From assembly GCF_000143415.4 (NCBI RefSeq), contig NW_003314303.1, positions 1,594,785 through 1,658,784 of the forward strand: DNA of 64,000 nt, in the 5' to 3' direction. The position numbers and the translations under genes were made by a program. This document shows, piece after piece, positions 1-11,720 of this stretch; position 1 is the first letter of the stretch; each line of letters starts with the position of its first letter. The notes beneath the pieces are model-generated. The model saw only the letters and a program-made list of their open reading frames with translations, was not told the DNA's origin and made no database searches. The DNA comes from Selaginella moellendorffii. Its lineage: Eukaryota; Plantae; Lycopodiophyta.

Positions 1-3000
1 CCAAGCCACACCACCTTAAACAGTTCAATTTCAACATTTTGAACTAGGAACTTCATTCCTTAGCCAACCAAGGACCTTGTCCTTATCTGGCCATAAGATC
101 ACCTAGTGATCTCACCTTGGCACCTTAACAGAGTTGCCAAGAGGTATTTGGTCTTCTAGACCTCCAAGTTGTTGATTATAACCCCGGGGGCATCCCCCAC
201 ACTTGGCGGTGCACCCAAGCCAGCCCTTACGGCCAAGGGTTCATAGCAACTGAGATTAGGTGTCCCCATCTCACTCACCACGACCTTGGTGCCACTTGCA
301 CCAAAGCGTTCAAGTTAGATATGCTGAGCTTTCACACTAAGCAATCTAACCGTGCATCATGACTCCGAGGCATCCCTCGCTTGGCGGTGTGCCCAAACCA
401 GTCTCCCCACTGAGAGTCCATGACCACCGAAATATGAGTGTCCTCATATTCCAAACCATCACCACGCCCTAGTGATTTGGGACTCGAACCCAAGCACTAG
501 AGGGTCGGGACTCGAACCCAACCTCCGTATATGCATCTACGGACGGCATCACACAAGATGCCTGGCGTGACTCCCCACGCCGGTGCACCAACTTATTTTT
601 AAAGCGCGCTAAAGATCACAGCTTAGGAACCTAGTTCCTCCACACTGCCAAGTCCTCTCACTTGACATGTCTGTGATCATGCATGGACTCCTCCATGCTC
701 GGCCCCATGGCCCACCCTTTTTGAAGTTATCACCTTCAACTAGGGTCTTTGTTCCCCCGACGTGCCAATCTCACTTGGCAAGTCCTCCGACCATTGTAAC
801 ATGGTTCTTGCATAAGCGTGAAAGTCCTTGACCATCGACTTTCTTTCAAAGCCCTCTCTTTGAACACTCGGGAACTACTTCCCTAACTTTGATAACCTTG
901 CCTCATGGCAAGCTTCAAGACCACGCTTCTGCTGCGCCACTCTGATTTCGCGCGTTCCATGAACCATTTACACTTGGCCTTTCTAGGTACTACGCTACCT
1001 AGAATTGTCTTTGGGAACCTTGAAGGAACTCTGTCCCTTAGCTTGCTAAGGCCTCCCCTTTCGCAAACTTTATAGTTGCCATATAGTCTAACATGGACAA
1101 TTCCATATTTTAGACTCTCCATGGCATCACGGTTGCTAGCAACAACATTCTCGAGCACCCTCTTGATTCTCCACTCCCAACATTCATAACCACTGTTGGA
1201 TATGCCCTTTGATTTCTATGGTTCAGTTCCATCCCAATACTACTTGCCTTTGGCTTCACACCTTTCCTTCGGTCATTCTCCTCCAGACCAGGAGGATAGC
1301 TTTGCACTTTCTATCATGCTTTAGCAAGTATTCTTAGGGATGAACCTACCCAATAGCCTAGGGAGTGGTTCCTCAATCCGGGTATGCTCACCTTATAATC
1401 CTACACACTGGGATTACATTGTTGCTTATGGGCCTTTACATGCCCATCACTAGCCTTGCCAAAATTCCATTTTTGGCTTTGTCCAACTCGGGTAGACAGT
1501 CCTCTCCTGTCTCCGCAACCTTGGACATTTGGATAGCACCTTCTATCCATCATTCGCTAGGGACTTAGTCCCTTGGGCTTTATCCATTGCCCTCGCGACA
1601 TCAAACACCACCTTCTGGTGTTCTAGAGTGTCCGGGTGTCCCAATGATGGCTTTCTTGACAATGAGTATTTCCTTTTATGACATTGACTTACTATATCGC
1701 AACACAAGCAACTTATCCCTCGTAAGGGTATATCCAACTTCCCTATGCTATTAAGAAGTCTTGGGTAGCTACCTTCTACCCGTTTAACCAGTTATTTTGC
1801 ACCTCTTGCTTAGTTGCCTCATAGTTGTCAAGTCCTACAACTCATTGCTTGGTGCTTTCACACCTCCATCATTATCTGGGTCACCACACTCCAACTGCAT
1901 GCTCTGCAACTTAGGCTATGCTATTCCCATTTCCATTGGGATTCCTTTGGCAAGGGGTTCTCATGAACCCACCAACATAGCCTCAAGGTATCACACCTTG
2001 GCACATTTGGTGTCTCCACACCATCGGCTCCACGAGCCTACCTCTATGACATTTCAACTTCGTGTCTAAGTCTTTGCCAAGACCAACACCGCTCTTTCTT
2101 ATGCCAACCATTCGTTAGCACTACACCATAGAGGTCACACACAACTTTATGTCAAAGTTGTTTTCTTCTGGGAACACCTTTCCCATAACTTTAGCATGGC
2201 ACATTCTGCCATTGATGAGATACCCTCTGTTCTCATCCTTGGATCCTATGATCCCCCCCCATCCTTTGTGGGGTACAACACACCTCAGTCCAAATGCTTC
2301 CATCAGTCCTTTTAGGACCACCCGTTGACTCTACTTGAGTCATCCAGCAGTTTTCGACTTGGTTAATCCACAGACCCGTAAGGTTCTACTTGTGAGGCAC
2401 TAGCTCATTGGAATACACTTCTTGCATTCCTGTCCTACTCAAAAGGACTATTTTCACAAGTGTTACTCCGACACTTGATTTTGTTCTCTGGGGGCAACCT
2501 TTGCCCCTTAGGACTACTTGTCCATGTGATGAGAACACCAACTCATCCACTTAATACACCCCCAACTCCTGGGGTTGTTCCAGCATCTATTAGAGGTAGC
2601 CCCGACTACCATTTCAAAGACTTGAGTCCTCTTCCGTATTTGACCTTCCACGGTCATTACTTTTGGTCTCACATTCATGAGCACCAACCTCAACTATATA
2701 AGGATAATCTTGTGACTCCTTTATTGTTTTGGAGTCTCTATCTTTCCCGTGATCCCAACTTTAGTTGTTTACCACAACAAACTTAGCCAATTTGCTGAGA
2801 CAAATGCTCATCCGGATCACATCCTCAACTCAATGAGGAAAACCTTGCACTGTTCCCAAGATCCCAAAGTAGTTCCATTATTGGCCCTTTTCTATCCACC
2901 ACCTCGTCTACAAGTTCACACATGAACTGTAATGGAGAGCCATGTCTTCCTGACTTGCTACTCCTCAAGGATAGGCCCACTCCTCAGACCTTCCGATGCC

Positions 3001-3051
3001 AACACTAGTGGTGATATACTTGAGCACCAATAAAAGTCGGACTAAGGAACA

Positions 3052-3063
3052 GCTCTGATACCA
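3052..3063 (-). promoter_or_regulatory. Primer-binding site, tRNA-iMet (TGGTATCAGAGC)
   Basis: Exact canonical plant PBS sequence next to the LTR end. Confidence 0.9.
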
Positions 3064-3066
3064 AAT

Positions 3067-5184
3067 TGTAAGCGACTAAATTTTCCATTCTACTTTAGTC
3101 ACTTAACCACACCTCTGACCACTTGGAGGAGTCTCATTCACAACCTCCATAAGTCCAATCCAGGACTTGGGACTTGCTAGCCCCGAGAATGGCATCCATG
3201 CCACTCAACATTTGCACTTGGTCCAAGTGCTCCATGTGTCCGATCCCATGACCGACACTCAAAGGTACCACCGACATAGCAACCCGTTACGCTAAGGCCA
3301 TGCCCAATCACCTTTGCCACACTGGTAGTCCAATACCACTTGCATCACAGTCTTGGCTCCCCAAGACTAGGCAAACCATCCGTGAGTGGTCATCTCAAAT
3401 CCACTCCTTAGCATCCTTAGGATGCCCACCGACAAGGGGAATAGCCTTCCCCAATATCCCTCTGTCAGTCCCCACTAAGTCCCTTTCTGCCCCTGGTCGT
3501 GTTTGCCAACACTGCCACTGGATCGAGACCCACAGGCCCGACCACTAAGTCCCACAATCCTCTGGGACTTCCTCACCACACGACTGTGTCCTTGGTCACT
3601 ACCCCAGAGGACTGCTCCTCTTCCTTTCCACAGTCTGGGCCTTTGGGACGACATTTCGGAACACTGTGGCCTTACGCGAGCCACCTGGGTACTCTCCCCA
3701 CCTATCGCCTTTAGGTGCTCTATCCATGGGCTTAGAGCGAGGTTCCGTTGAGCCACGCCTGGTATCCAAGTAGGTAGTGCCACCCACACTTGGACTGGGA
3801 GCATCGGCCAGTCGATCTCCCGGGGGAACTAGAGCCGGCTCTTGAACACTTCACCAAGCTACCCCGCTTGTCGGTCCGTGTTCACCCTAGTCTTGGACTT
3901 CCCAGTGGGCAGCTCATCACCCAACACTGGGTCCGGCCTTCCTGGGCCAAACTGGCCTTTCCTGGCCAAACTGGCTCCACTGCAGTCCTCCCCCTACTAT
4001 ACTTTTGGAGCTCACCAAACCCCCCAGGGTCTGGGAGACGAACGCTTTGGGCTTTCACCCTCTCAGGCTCCGGACTCGGACTCGGACTCGGACTCGGACT
4101 CGGACTCGGACTCGGACTCGGACTCGGACTCGGACTCGGACTCGGACTCGGATTCGGACTTGGACTCGGGCTCGGGCTTGGTCTCGGCCTCGGCCTCGGT
4201 CTCGGTCTCGGTCCCGATCTCGGTCTCGGTCTCGGTCTCGGTCCCGGTCTCGGTCCCGGTCTCAGTCTCGGTCTCGACTTCGGACTCCATCTCGGACTCC
4301 ATCTCGGACTCCATCTCGGGTTCATCTCAGGTCCATCTCGGACTCCATCTCGGGTCCATCTCGGACTCCATCTCGGACTCCATTTCGAGTCCATCTCGGG
4401 TCCACCTCGGACTCCATCTCGGACTCCATCTCGGACTCCATCTCGGGTCCATCTCGGACTCCACTTCGGACTCCAACTTGGGTCCATCTCAGGTCCACCT
4501 CGGACTAAACTTCGGACTCCAACTCAGGTCCATCTCGGGTCCACCTCGGACTCCACTTCGGACTCTACTTCGGACTCCAACTCGGGTCCATCTCGGAGTC
4601 TACTTCGGACTCCAACTCGGGTCCATCTCGGACTCCACTTTGGACTCCAACTCGGGTCCATCTCGGACTCCACTTCGGACTCCAACTCGGGTCCATCTCG
4701 GACTCCACTTTGGACTCCAACTCGGGTCCATCTCGGACTCCACTTCGGACTCCAACTCGAGTCCATCTCGGACTCCACTTTGGACTCCAACTCGGGTCCC
4801 TTTTTGGAGCCTCGCCTTTTGCTCGCTTCGTGCTCGTTCCTCGAGCACTTCGTTGGGAGTTCCACTCCCGCTCTTGACTTTTCAAGTCGGAGCTTTTGGT
4901 CCAAACGTGTTACGCTCGTTTGGCTCTCGCTTCAGCCACTACCACGTGGCACCCTTTCCGGCTCCACTTTGGGGCCTAGGGATTTTGTGTCTCACACTTA
5001 TGCCATTTGCTCCAATACCAACTGCAGCACACCCTATCTCTTTCCCCTTAAGTTAACTAGAAAAGGGGCAATTGCTTAATGAGAGAGCCATTAGTGACTA
5101 TTTTATCCCCATTTATCCCCCAAGGTTCCAAGGATCCACGGTGATAGTATATCCAAATTTCATCCCATGATCACATGCGCTACA
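3067..5184 (-). repeat. 5' LTR, about 2.1 kb
   Basis: Termini are TGTAAGCG...GCGCTACA (TG..CA with an imperfect inverted repeat). It is adjacent to the PBS, and the sequence becomes abruptly AT-rich after 5184. Confidence 0.75.
4070..4800. repeat. Tandem array inside the LTR: (GGACTC)n, then (GGTCTC)n, then 11-12-mers, then a ~35-bp higher-order unit
   Basis: Read directly from the sequence. It explains the SDSD, GLGL and RTRT ORFs seen in all frames. Confidence 0.95.
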
Positions 5185-6729
5185 TAAATACAAAAGGTTT
5201 ATTTAAATGAATTTAATTTTGAGAATATAAAGAAATTCAACACCATAAATTCTCCATAAGAAAATTGTTTGGCTGGGTAGAACTGTATTGCCTCCATTCA
5301 TTTTTATGACACTTAAGGTTACACATTGGAAGACATTGTTTGCTATAAAACACATAAAATCCATACACAATAATCTTGGCCTTTTGAGTCTCAAACCTTC
5401 ACTTAATGCTCAAATTAATTCCATAAAAGTTTGTCATGTGTGATGTAATATCATCTCACCCAAAGCACAAGAAAAAAATTAGAGTGAAAGTGAGTGAAAT
5501 TATAAGCAACATTAGCGGCATTGAGTGAAGAAGTCGAGAGAATGAAAACAAGAGCAAAAAAAAAAAAATCCCATGTGGCAAAGCTTAATGGAAACTTCTG
5601 ACAATAAAAATAAGTATAGCCTGCATAGATAAACATTTTTAAAAGCAAATATATTCTTAGAAGTTGGGTTATTATTGCCATGTTTAATGATTAAAGCATA
5701 AAGTTTCTATCTTTAGTTGTTGCTCAATCAAAAAATATAGGTGGAAGGGACTATACTTAGAATATGCTTGAATATTTTAGGATATTCTACCAATTTACGG
5801 TTTTATTCAGATTAATCTTGTATTTATAATTTATAAACATATTTATAATTCATAAACTTTTCTAAACACTTCCTAGTATATTCTTGTTTATTTTATTAAT
5901 GCAATACAACTAATCTTGTTTTAAACATGCTTATACTTATAAACTTTTGACATAAATATGATGAGGCACAGCTTTTAAGTTGAGTTTCAAAGTATGAAAG
6001 AGTACAGCTGGATTGTAAATATTATAACATAGTTAGGACAAGAAACATAATCAGTTAATCAAAGAGCTTATTATAGAGTTTAATACAAGGTCATTCTTAT
6101 ATGCAGCTTTAGTTAATGCACCTGAAATTGGTTTTAGACCAGAGGATATAGATCTTATAAATTCAAATACTACAACTAGGATTACTACAAATTTACTTTT
6201 AATAATAAATGTTAAAATTTCTGGTCATACAACAATGCCATTAGGTCAAGGTATAGTAGGTAAAATAAATTTGAATCTTGAAATATATGGTACAGCCATG
6301 AGAGAGGGAAAAGCTATAGGCACTATTTGGAGCTTTTATGAAACTTTATTTCAGCATATAAGAAAAATATAGTTTGTCTTTATACCTAGAATATTCATCT
6401 AGCTTTATATCAACTTCTATAGTAGCAATTATATTACAAAATAATAAAATGGATTAATAATAATACAAAAAAGAATAATACTACTATTAAGCAAATTAAG
6501 CATTGATGTATGCAATGTGTTCGTAATTATAAAATGTAAATAGTTATAAAGAAGAGGATTTACTAGGATTTTATAGGGTTTGTGTGAAGTCATACTATTT
6601 TCTTAAAATTTAAGTTTATTTTTATATTAAAGTTGATAAAATCAAAGCTTACTTATTTAATCAGAATTATACTATATAAATTTTAATTAAATAAAATTTA
6701 TTTTAAATTAAGTAGACATATATAAGTTA

Positions 6730-8640
6730 TCAAGTCCCTTGTCGTTATTTGTGGCATATATTATAGTCAATTATGCAATTTTGTATTTACTTCTAGTTTC
6801 TTACCTCATGTAGAGCTAAATATGTCAAAATGAATCAAGTTAAAAATGTTGTGGCCAACACTTAATTAACATTTTGTGAGATTTGATTGTCTCAACCACT
6901 CTTAACAATGCTTTTTAACTAGTATAACACTATTAAATATCACCTTATATATACTTTATCTCCATTTCTTGTGGGAGGTAATTTTGTTCTGATGAAGGTT
7001 CACATTGTTGTTGCATATATTTAAGGACAAAGGTGAAGATGTGGTTATGGTTGTGATATTTATTATTAGGCATATAATAAGGTTAGCTATATGTATTAGC
7101 ATTATTAGTATTTTCTAGATTAATGTCTTTTATTTCTTGAGTGGAAGCCTTGGTATTAAGAACTTGTTGGTGTTGTTGTGATTGAAAGTATTGACATAGA
7201 AATGTTTTTGGGAAACAAGAAGTTGCATAAATAGTGAAGGGTCCTTGCACAAATAAATTAATGACCTCGTATCATTAATAAGTTCATTTGGCATTAGTTC
7301 ATCTAATATTCATTTTTTAAACTCATTTTTATAATAGAAGGCCCCTTATTATTTTTTCTATATTAGTCAATATAGTATCACTCAACCTGTTATCATATTG
7401 CCATCCATAATTGTGTTATATGGTAGAGCCAATTTTCTTTCTCAAAGACAATAGCTATACACATAGTTGTGTGTAAGATAAAGTAAACCTAACTATGTAT
7501 ATGGATGATCAATTTCAATCATTAGGGTAGTGCTAAGTTAAGCTTTTGATCTCATCTTTAGTATGAATTGATTATAGTGTAATTATGGCAAGTATAATTT
7601 TGAAGTTTTTCCCCCTTATTTCTTACTCTTTCATTTCTTAAAAAGAATAAATGGAACATAAGTGAGAGGAATAAAAAAGAAATGAGGGAATATGAAATAC
7701 CAAATATGAACTTATCATTATAGTCTTTTCACTTATATTCCACTTCTTTCTTCTACTGTTACCTTTGGTTTCATCATTTTTATTGTGTTTACCTTTTGCT
7801 CTTTTATTCCCTTTTTAGATCTATTATATAGTCTTTATGTTACAGTGGTTGACTAACTTATAAAAGAATATGTTGACTTTGATCTATCATCTAGGGCCAA
7901 GATTGAAATATGTCATTCTATTCTAATTAGAGATGTTTGTATTCCTTGGAAACTCTAACTAAAATCACCTTATTCTCATTTTGCATGTTTTGGTTGGTTG
8001 CCCTTAGAATTGGTGTACACTAAAGGAGATCAAAATTTTATAAACAAATGTTAAAGAAATATTGGAGAAGGGTGCTATCCAAAAGTTTTAGAGTTTTTGA
8101 ATGTGTGAATTTTATTTTGTGATAATTTTAATAGGAATATTTAATTTCACATTGACTATTGTCTATTAAACAATATGATTGTATGCAACTAAAGAGAATA
8201 ATTCAAGAAATGATTTATAAAAGTTCAAATATATAAAAAAATAGCCCATGAATAAAAATGCATCTTTTTTGTAATCGATTAAAGGTTTTGGGATACTTAG
8301 GGTTAAACATCTTTAAATTCAAATAATATTGAGCTAAATGATTTTCTAGGAAGTTCAGATTCAAGAGTTTATAATGACTATTTTAGATGTGTACCCTCTA
8401 CTTCATATTACCAATTTTCTAGATCATCTAGAAGAAGTTATCAATTCACTAAGTTAAATCTAAATCATTTAGGAAAAGTCATTAGTTCACTAAGTTAAAT
8501 TTGGTTTTTACATATTAACAAATGTCAATGATTAAGGAGGATGTTCTTAAAATTATTTTTCATACACTATTTAATTTGTACGAGTTCTTAGTGATGTTGT
8601 TTAGTTTGAACATTCCAACAACTAATTATATATTAATAAG
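6730..8640 (+). mobile_element. Highly decayed (AT-shifted) Ty3/gypsy gag-PR-RT relic, same family as the element at 31.4-36.6 kb
   Basis: Collinear similarity. For example ctatcatctagggccaagattg (~7884) matches ctatcatctggggccaagattg (~33327), and aaggacaaaggtgaagatgtggttatgg (~7023) matches aaggacaagggcgaggacgtggtcgtgg (~32468). Confidence 0.75.
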
Positions 8641-9009
8641 TCTAAAAATTAAAGAATATGAATATTTACTTTTATAAAGCCCTTTGAAATTGTGAATAGC
8701 ACTCACAGAAAGCCAAACACAAAAACATTTAAATTTTGTTAAAGAAACATTTGATTCCATGCCATATAATGATGAAAGCAAATTTTGTTAAAAAAAACAT
8801 TTAACTTCATACCATATAATGGTGAAAGTGTTCTTAAATAAAAATGCCAAGTAATTATGTTTGTGCAAGCAATGTAATGCTTTAAAATTCTTTGAGCAGA
8901 TGCACCTTTTATACTCAAATTTAGAGATATTTAAAAATGTTAATAATTTAAATATTCACTCTCAGAAAACAAAAAGTATTAAGAATTGATTTACACGATG
9001 AAGCAAACT

Positions 9010-11720
9010 TCAGCTCTTTCTGGATCCCACGATCGACCTGAGCAAGCTTTTGTACACGCCCATGTCCTCGTTGGGCAGTACCTCGAGACCCTTCTGGATG
9101 CTCTCCACACCCGCAGCTCTCACAATTCGATCTGCCACTGCACTTCCCCTCGCCTGGACGAGCGTCTGGAGGGCTCCCACCGCTCGGCTCCTCAGTACCA
9201 CCACCTCGTCTCCAAGCAACCCCGTGAGAATCTCCACCACCTTGCTCCTGAGCACTTGCTCCAGGATCACGGGAGACGACGATCCCCTGGAGAAGATCTC
9301 CTTGCACACCAAGCAAGCGCTCATCTGGACCTCCTCGCATGGGCAATTGAGCAGCGCCTCGAGCTCCTCCAAAATCCCGGTGCCCAACACTCTCTCCACC
9401 ACTCTAGCTCCACCAATCTTCATGAGCGCCACGAGCGCCGCCAGAGCCCGCGACTTCACCACCGCCTTGCGGTTCCTCAGCAGCTCCGGCAGCTTCTCGT
9501 CCAGCATGTCCGTCTCGAGGAGCTGCGCCATGGCCGCGTCTCCAATCCCCGCCACCTTCACCACCGCGTTAAGCACTCCATCGTGGAGCCACCCCGATCG
9601 AGCGTCGAGTAGCAGCACCAGCTCGCCCATCACGTTCTCTCGGATCAAACTCTCGCAAACGTATCTGTCCCTGCCGCTGCTCGATCCAGCTCCGGCGCTC
9701 GCGAGCTTGGCTAGAACATCCGCCGCGTCCTTCTTGACGAGTATGTTGATCCCCGGAGCTCCGCTGCTCGAGAGGAGCGTCCGGAGCTTGTGAACGAGCC
9801 CGGACGCCACAAGCCCGCGTCCAAACTCCTCGTAGTCGGCCTCCACGAAGCAAGCTGCGATGTACTTGGCTATGGAGGCGTAGGCCGAGGGTGACGAAGC
9901 ACGGAACAAGAGGTTGACGATCTCGGCACCCACGATCGCGTTGAGCTCCCTGCGAATCTCCTCCTTGCTCGAACAAGCCTTGACCACGTCCACGATGCTC
10001 GCCAGCGAGCTCGCGTGGAGATCATCACTGTCCAGGACCAGGATCCCGCGGAGAGCTCCAGCGGCGGCCTGCTTGGATTCCTTGCTCCCGAAGTGTAGCA
10101 GCCAGGGAGCCGCCACTGCCCGGGTGTGTGGCTTGGCGAGATTGAGCAGCGCATCCACCGCGCTGGATCTCTTCCGCTCCAAGAACATCACCACCAGATC
10201 ATGGACGTCGTAGAAGAGGAAGTCAGGTGTCCGGTTGAGCAAGCACCGGCGGACGAGCTCTCGAGCATGGAGTAAGAACGGGCTCTCCTTCCCGAGCGCC
10301 GACCAGAGAGCTTGGAGGCACTCCACCGGGACTGGCTCGTCCCAGGAGATCGCAGCGAGCGAGGTGAAGAGATCGTGTGTGTCGTGCTTGAGTCCCACTG
10401 TGCTCAGCTCGATCGTGCTCATCACTCCCGCCAGCCAGTTGAGATGGTTCCCGGAGCAAACTTCCAAGTGATTCGCCACCGCGTTCCACTCCGCCCGCCG
10501 CCACGATCCTCGCAGAGCTTCGCCGAGAATCGCCACTGCCAGTGGATGGTGGCTGCAGTGTCGCAAGAGCTTGCTCGCCACAGCCTGTTTGAAAGAAGAA
10601 CAAGAGTGAGAAAGAAAGCACAAAGAAAGTTGGCGAAGTGTATACTTACTGGGAGATTCTTCTCCGGCATTCCACTGTGGAACCGTAGAACGCCTCGGCT
10701 AACCGAGGCCGTGTCGCGGAAGCCGAGCTTGATCGAGGCCACCGAGCCGGACTCCACGCAAGGAACCGGACTATCCTGGCAAGTGATGAGGAACTTGGAG
10801 CTATGGCGCTTCAACTGGATGATCCTGTCCACGATCTCCTTGTCACACACATCATCCAGCACGATCAAGTAGGAGGACTCCGCCACCACCTCCTCGAGCA
10901 GCGCCCAGCAATCCTGGGAGCTCCCAGCTCTCTGGAGAAGCTCCTTCTGGCAGTTCAGTTCCTGGAGGAGTGACTTTAGCTTGCTCTTCAGCCGGCGATC
11001 GCTACCAGCGATTTTCCCGACTCGAATCTCCACTGCGCTATCGGCGAAGCACTGGGGAGGATTCGCGACGATGTACGCCGCGAGGGAGGTTTTTCCCACG
11101 CCGGATGGCCCGTGAACGATGATCACGCTGTGCTGGGAGCTGGAAGATAGCTCCTCGCGAATCCTTCTCGTGAGCTTGCTCAGCGGCTGGTACCCCTCGA
11201 GCGTGGATGCGTGGAGCCGCGGCGCCGCTCCAAATGCCTGACACGAGAGGAGCTCCAAGATCCCTTCCTGGTACTCCAGCCAAATGCCCAGCTCCTCGCA
11301 TAGCGCCTCCAGCGGCGCCGCCAATCCACCGCCACCTCCGCCGCCGCCGCGCGAAAAGCAAGTCCTGCGAAGAACGTACCACATGGAGGAGGATGGTCTC
11401 TTCTCCGGGGCGATGATCTTGCCGCGATGGAGAATCGCGCGAGCGGCGTCCATGGCCGGGACGAGCCTGGCGCAAAGAACATCCATGCTCTCCAGGCGCG
11501 CCATGACGAAGGCGGCGTGCTCGTTGTTGTGGCGGAGGATGTGCCATGACCTGGAATGGAGCTGGTGGAGCTGTGCTAGCCTCTGCTGGAGCCTCTCCGC
11601 CGCCGCCACAGCTCCGCCCACATCGCCGCCGCCATCGCTCCACCCTCGCAGCTTTTGGGCGGTGTCTAGGAGCGACTGGATCGTGTCGGAGGAGGTCTGT
11701 GAGACCTCGTAGGGATTCAT
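9010..11720 (-). CDS. NB-ARC protein with C-terminal armadillo repeats (RLS1-like NB-ARM). Exons 11720-10650 and 10584-9010; about 881 aa.
   Basis: P-loop HGPSGVGKT, kinase-2 LIVLDDV, RNBS-B SKFLITC, GLPL-equivalent CSHHPLAV, MHD-equivalent VHDLV, then helical ARM-like repeats. A 65-nt GT-AG phase-0 intron (10585-10649) joins the two ORFs in frame (EKNLP|AVASKLL). Confidence 0.88.

Larger units (their letters stand above)
1..5184 (-). mobile_element. LTR retroelement (5' LTR, PBS and an internal region with no recognisable coding capacity; probably non-autonomous). It continues off the left edge of the window.
   Basis: GCTCTGATACCA at 3052-3063 is the reverse complement of a tRNA-iMet PBS and lies 3 nt from an LTR end. 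No gag or pol motifs were found in 1-3050. Positions 190-530 are homologous to the 3' UTR (51413-51545) of the chromovirus at 49.6-54.5 kb. Confidence 0.75.

Noticed and set aside
4500-4800. CRISPR-like ~35-bp periodicity
   Set aside because: Head-to-tail repeats with no unique spacers, no cas genes, and a eukaryotic context.
3790-5079. Long SD-repeat, GL-repeat and RT-repeat ORFs resembling staphylococcal Sdr adhesins
   Set aside because: Translation artefacts of a stop-free hexamer array inside an LTR; open in nearly all frames.
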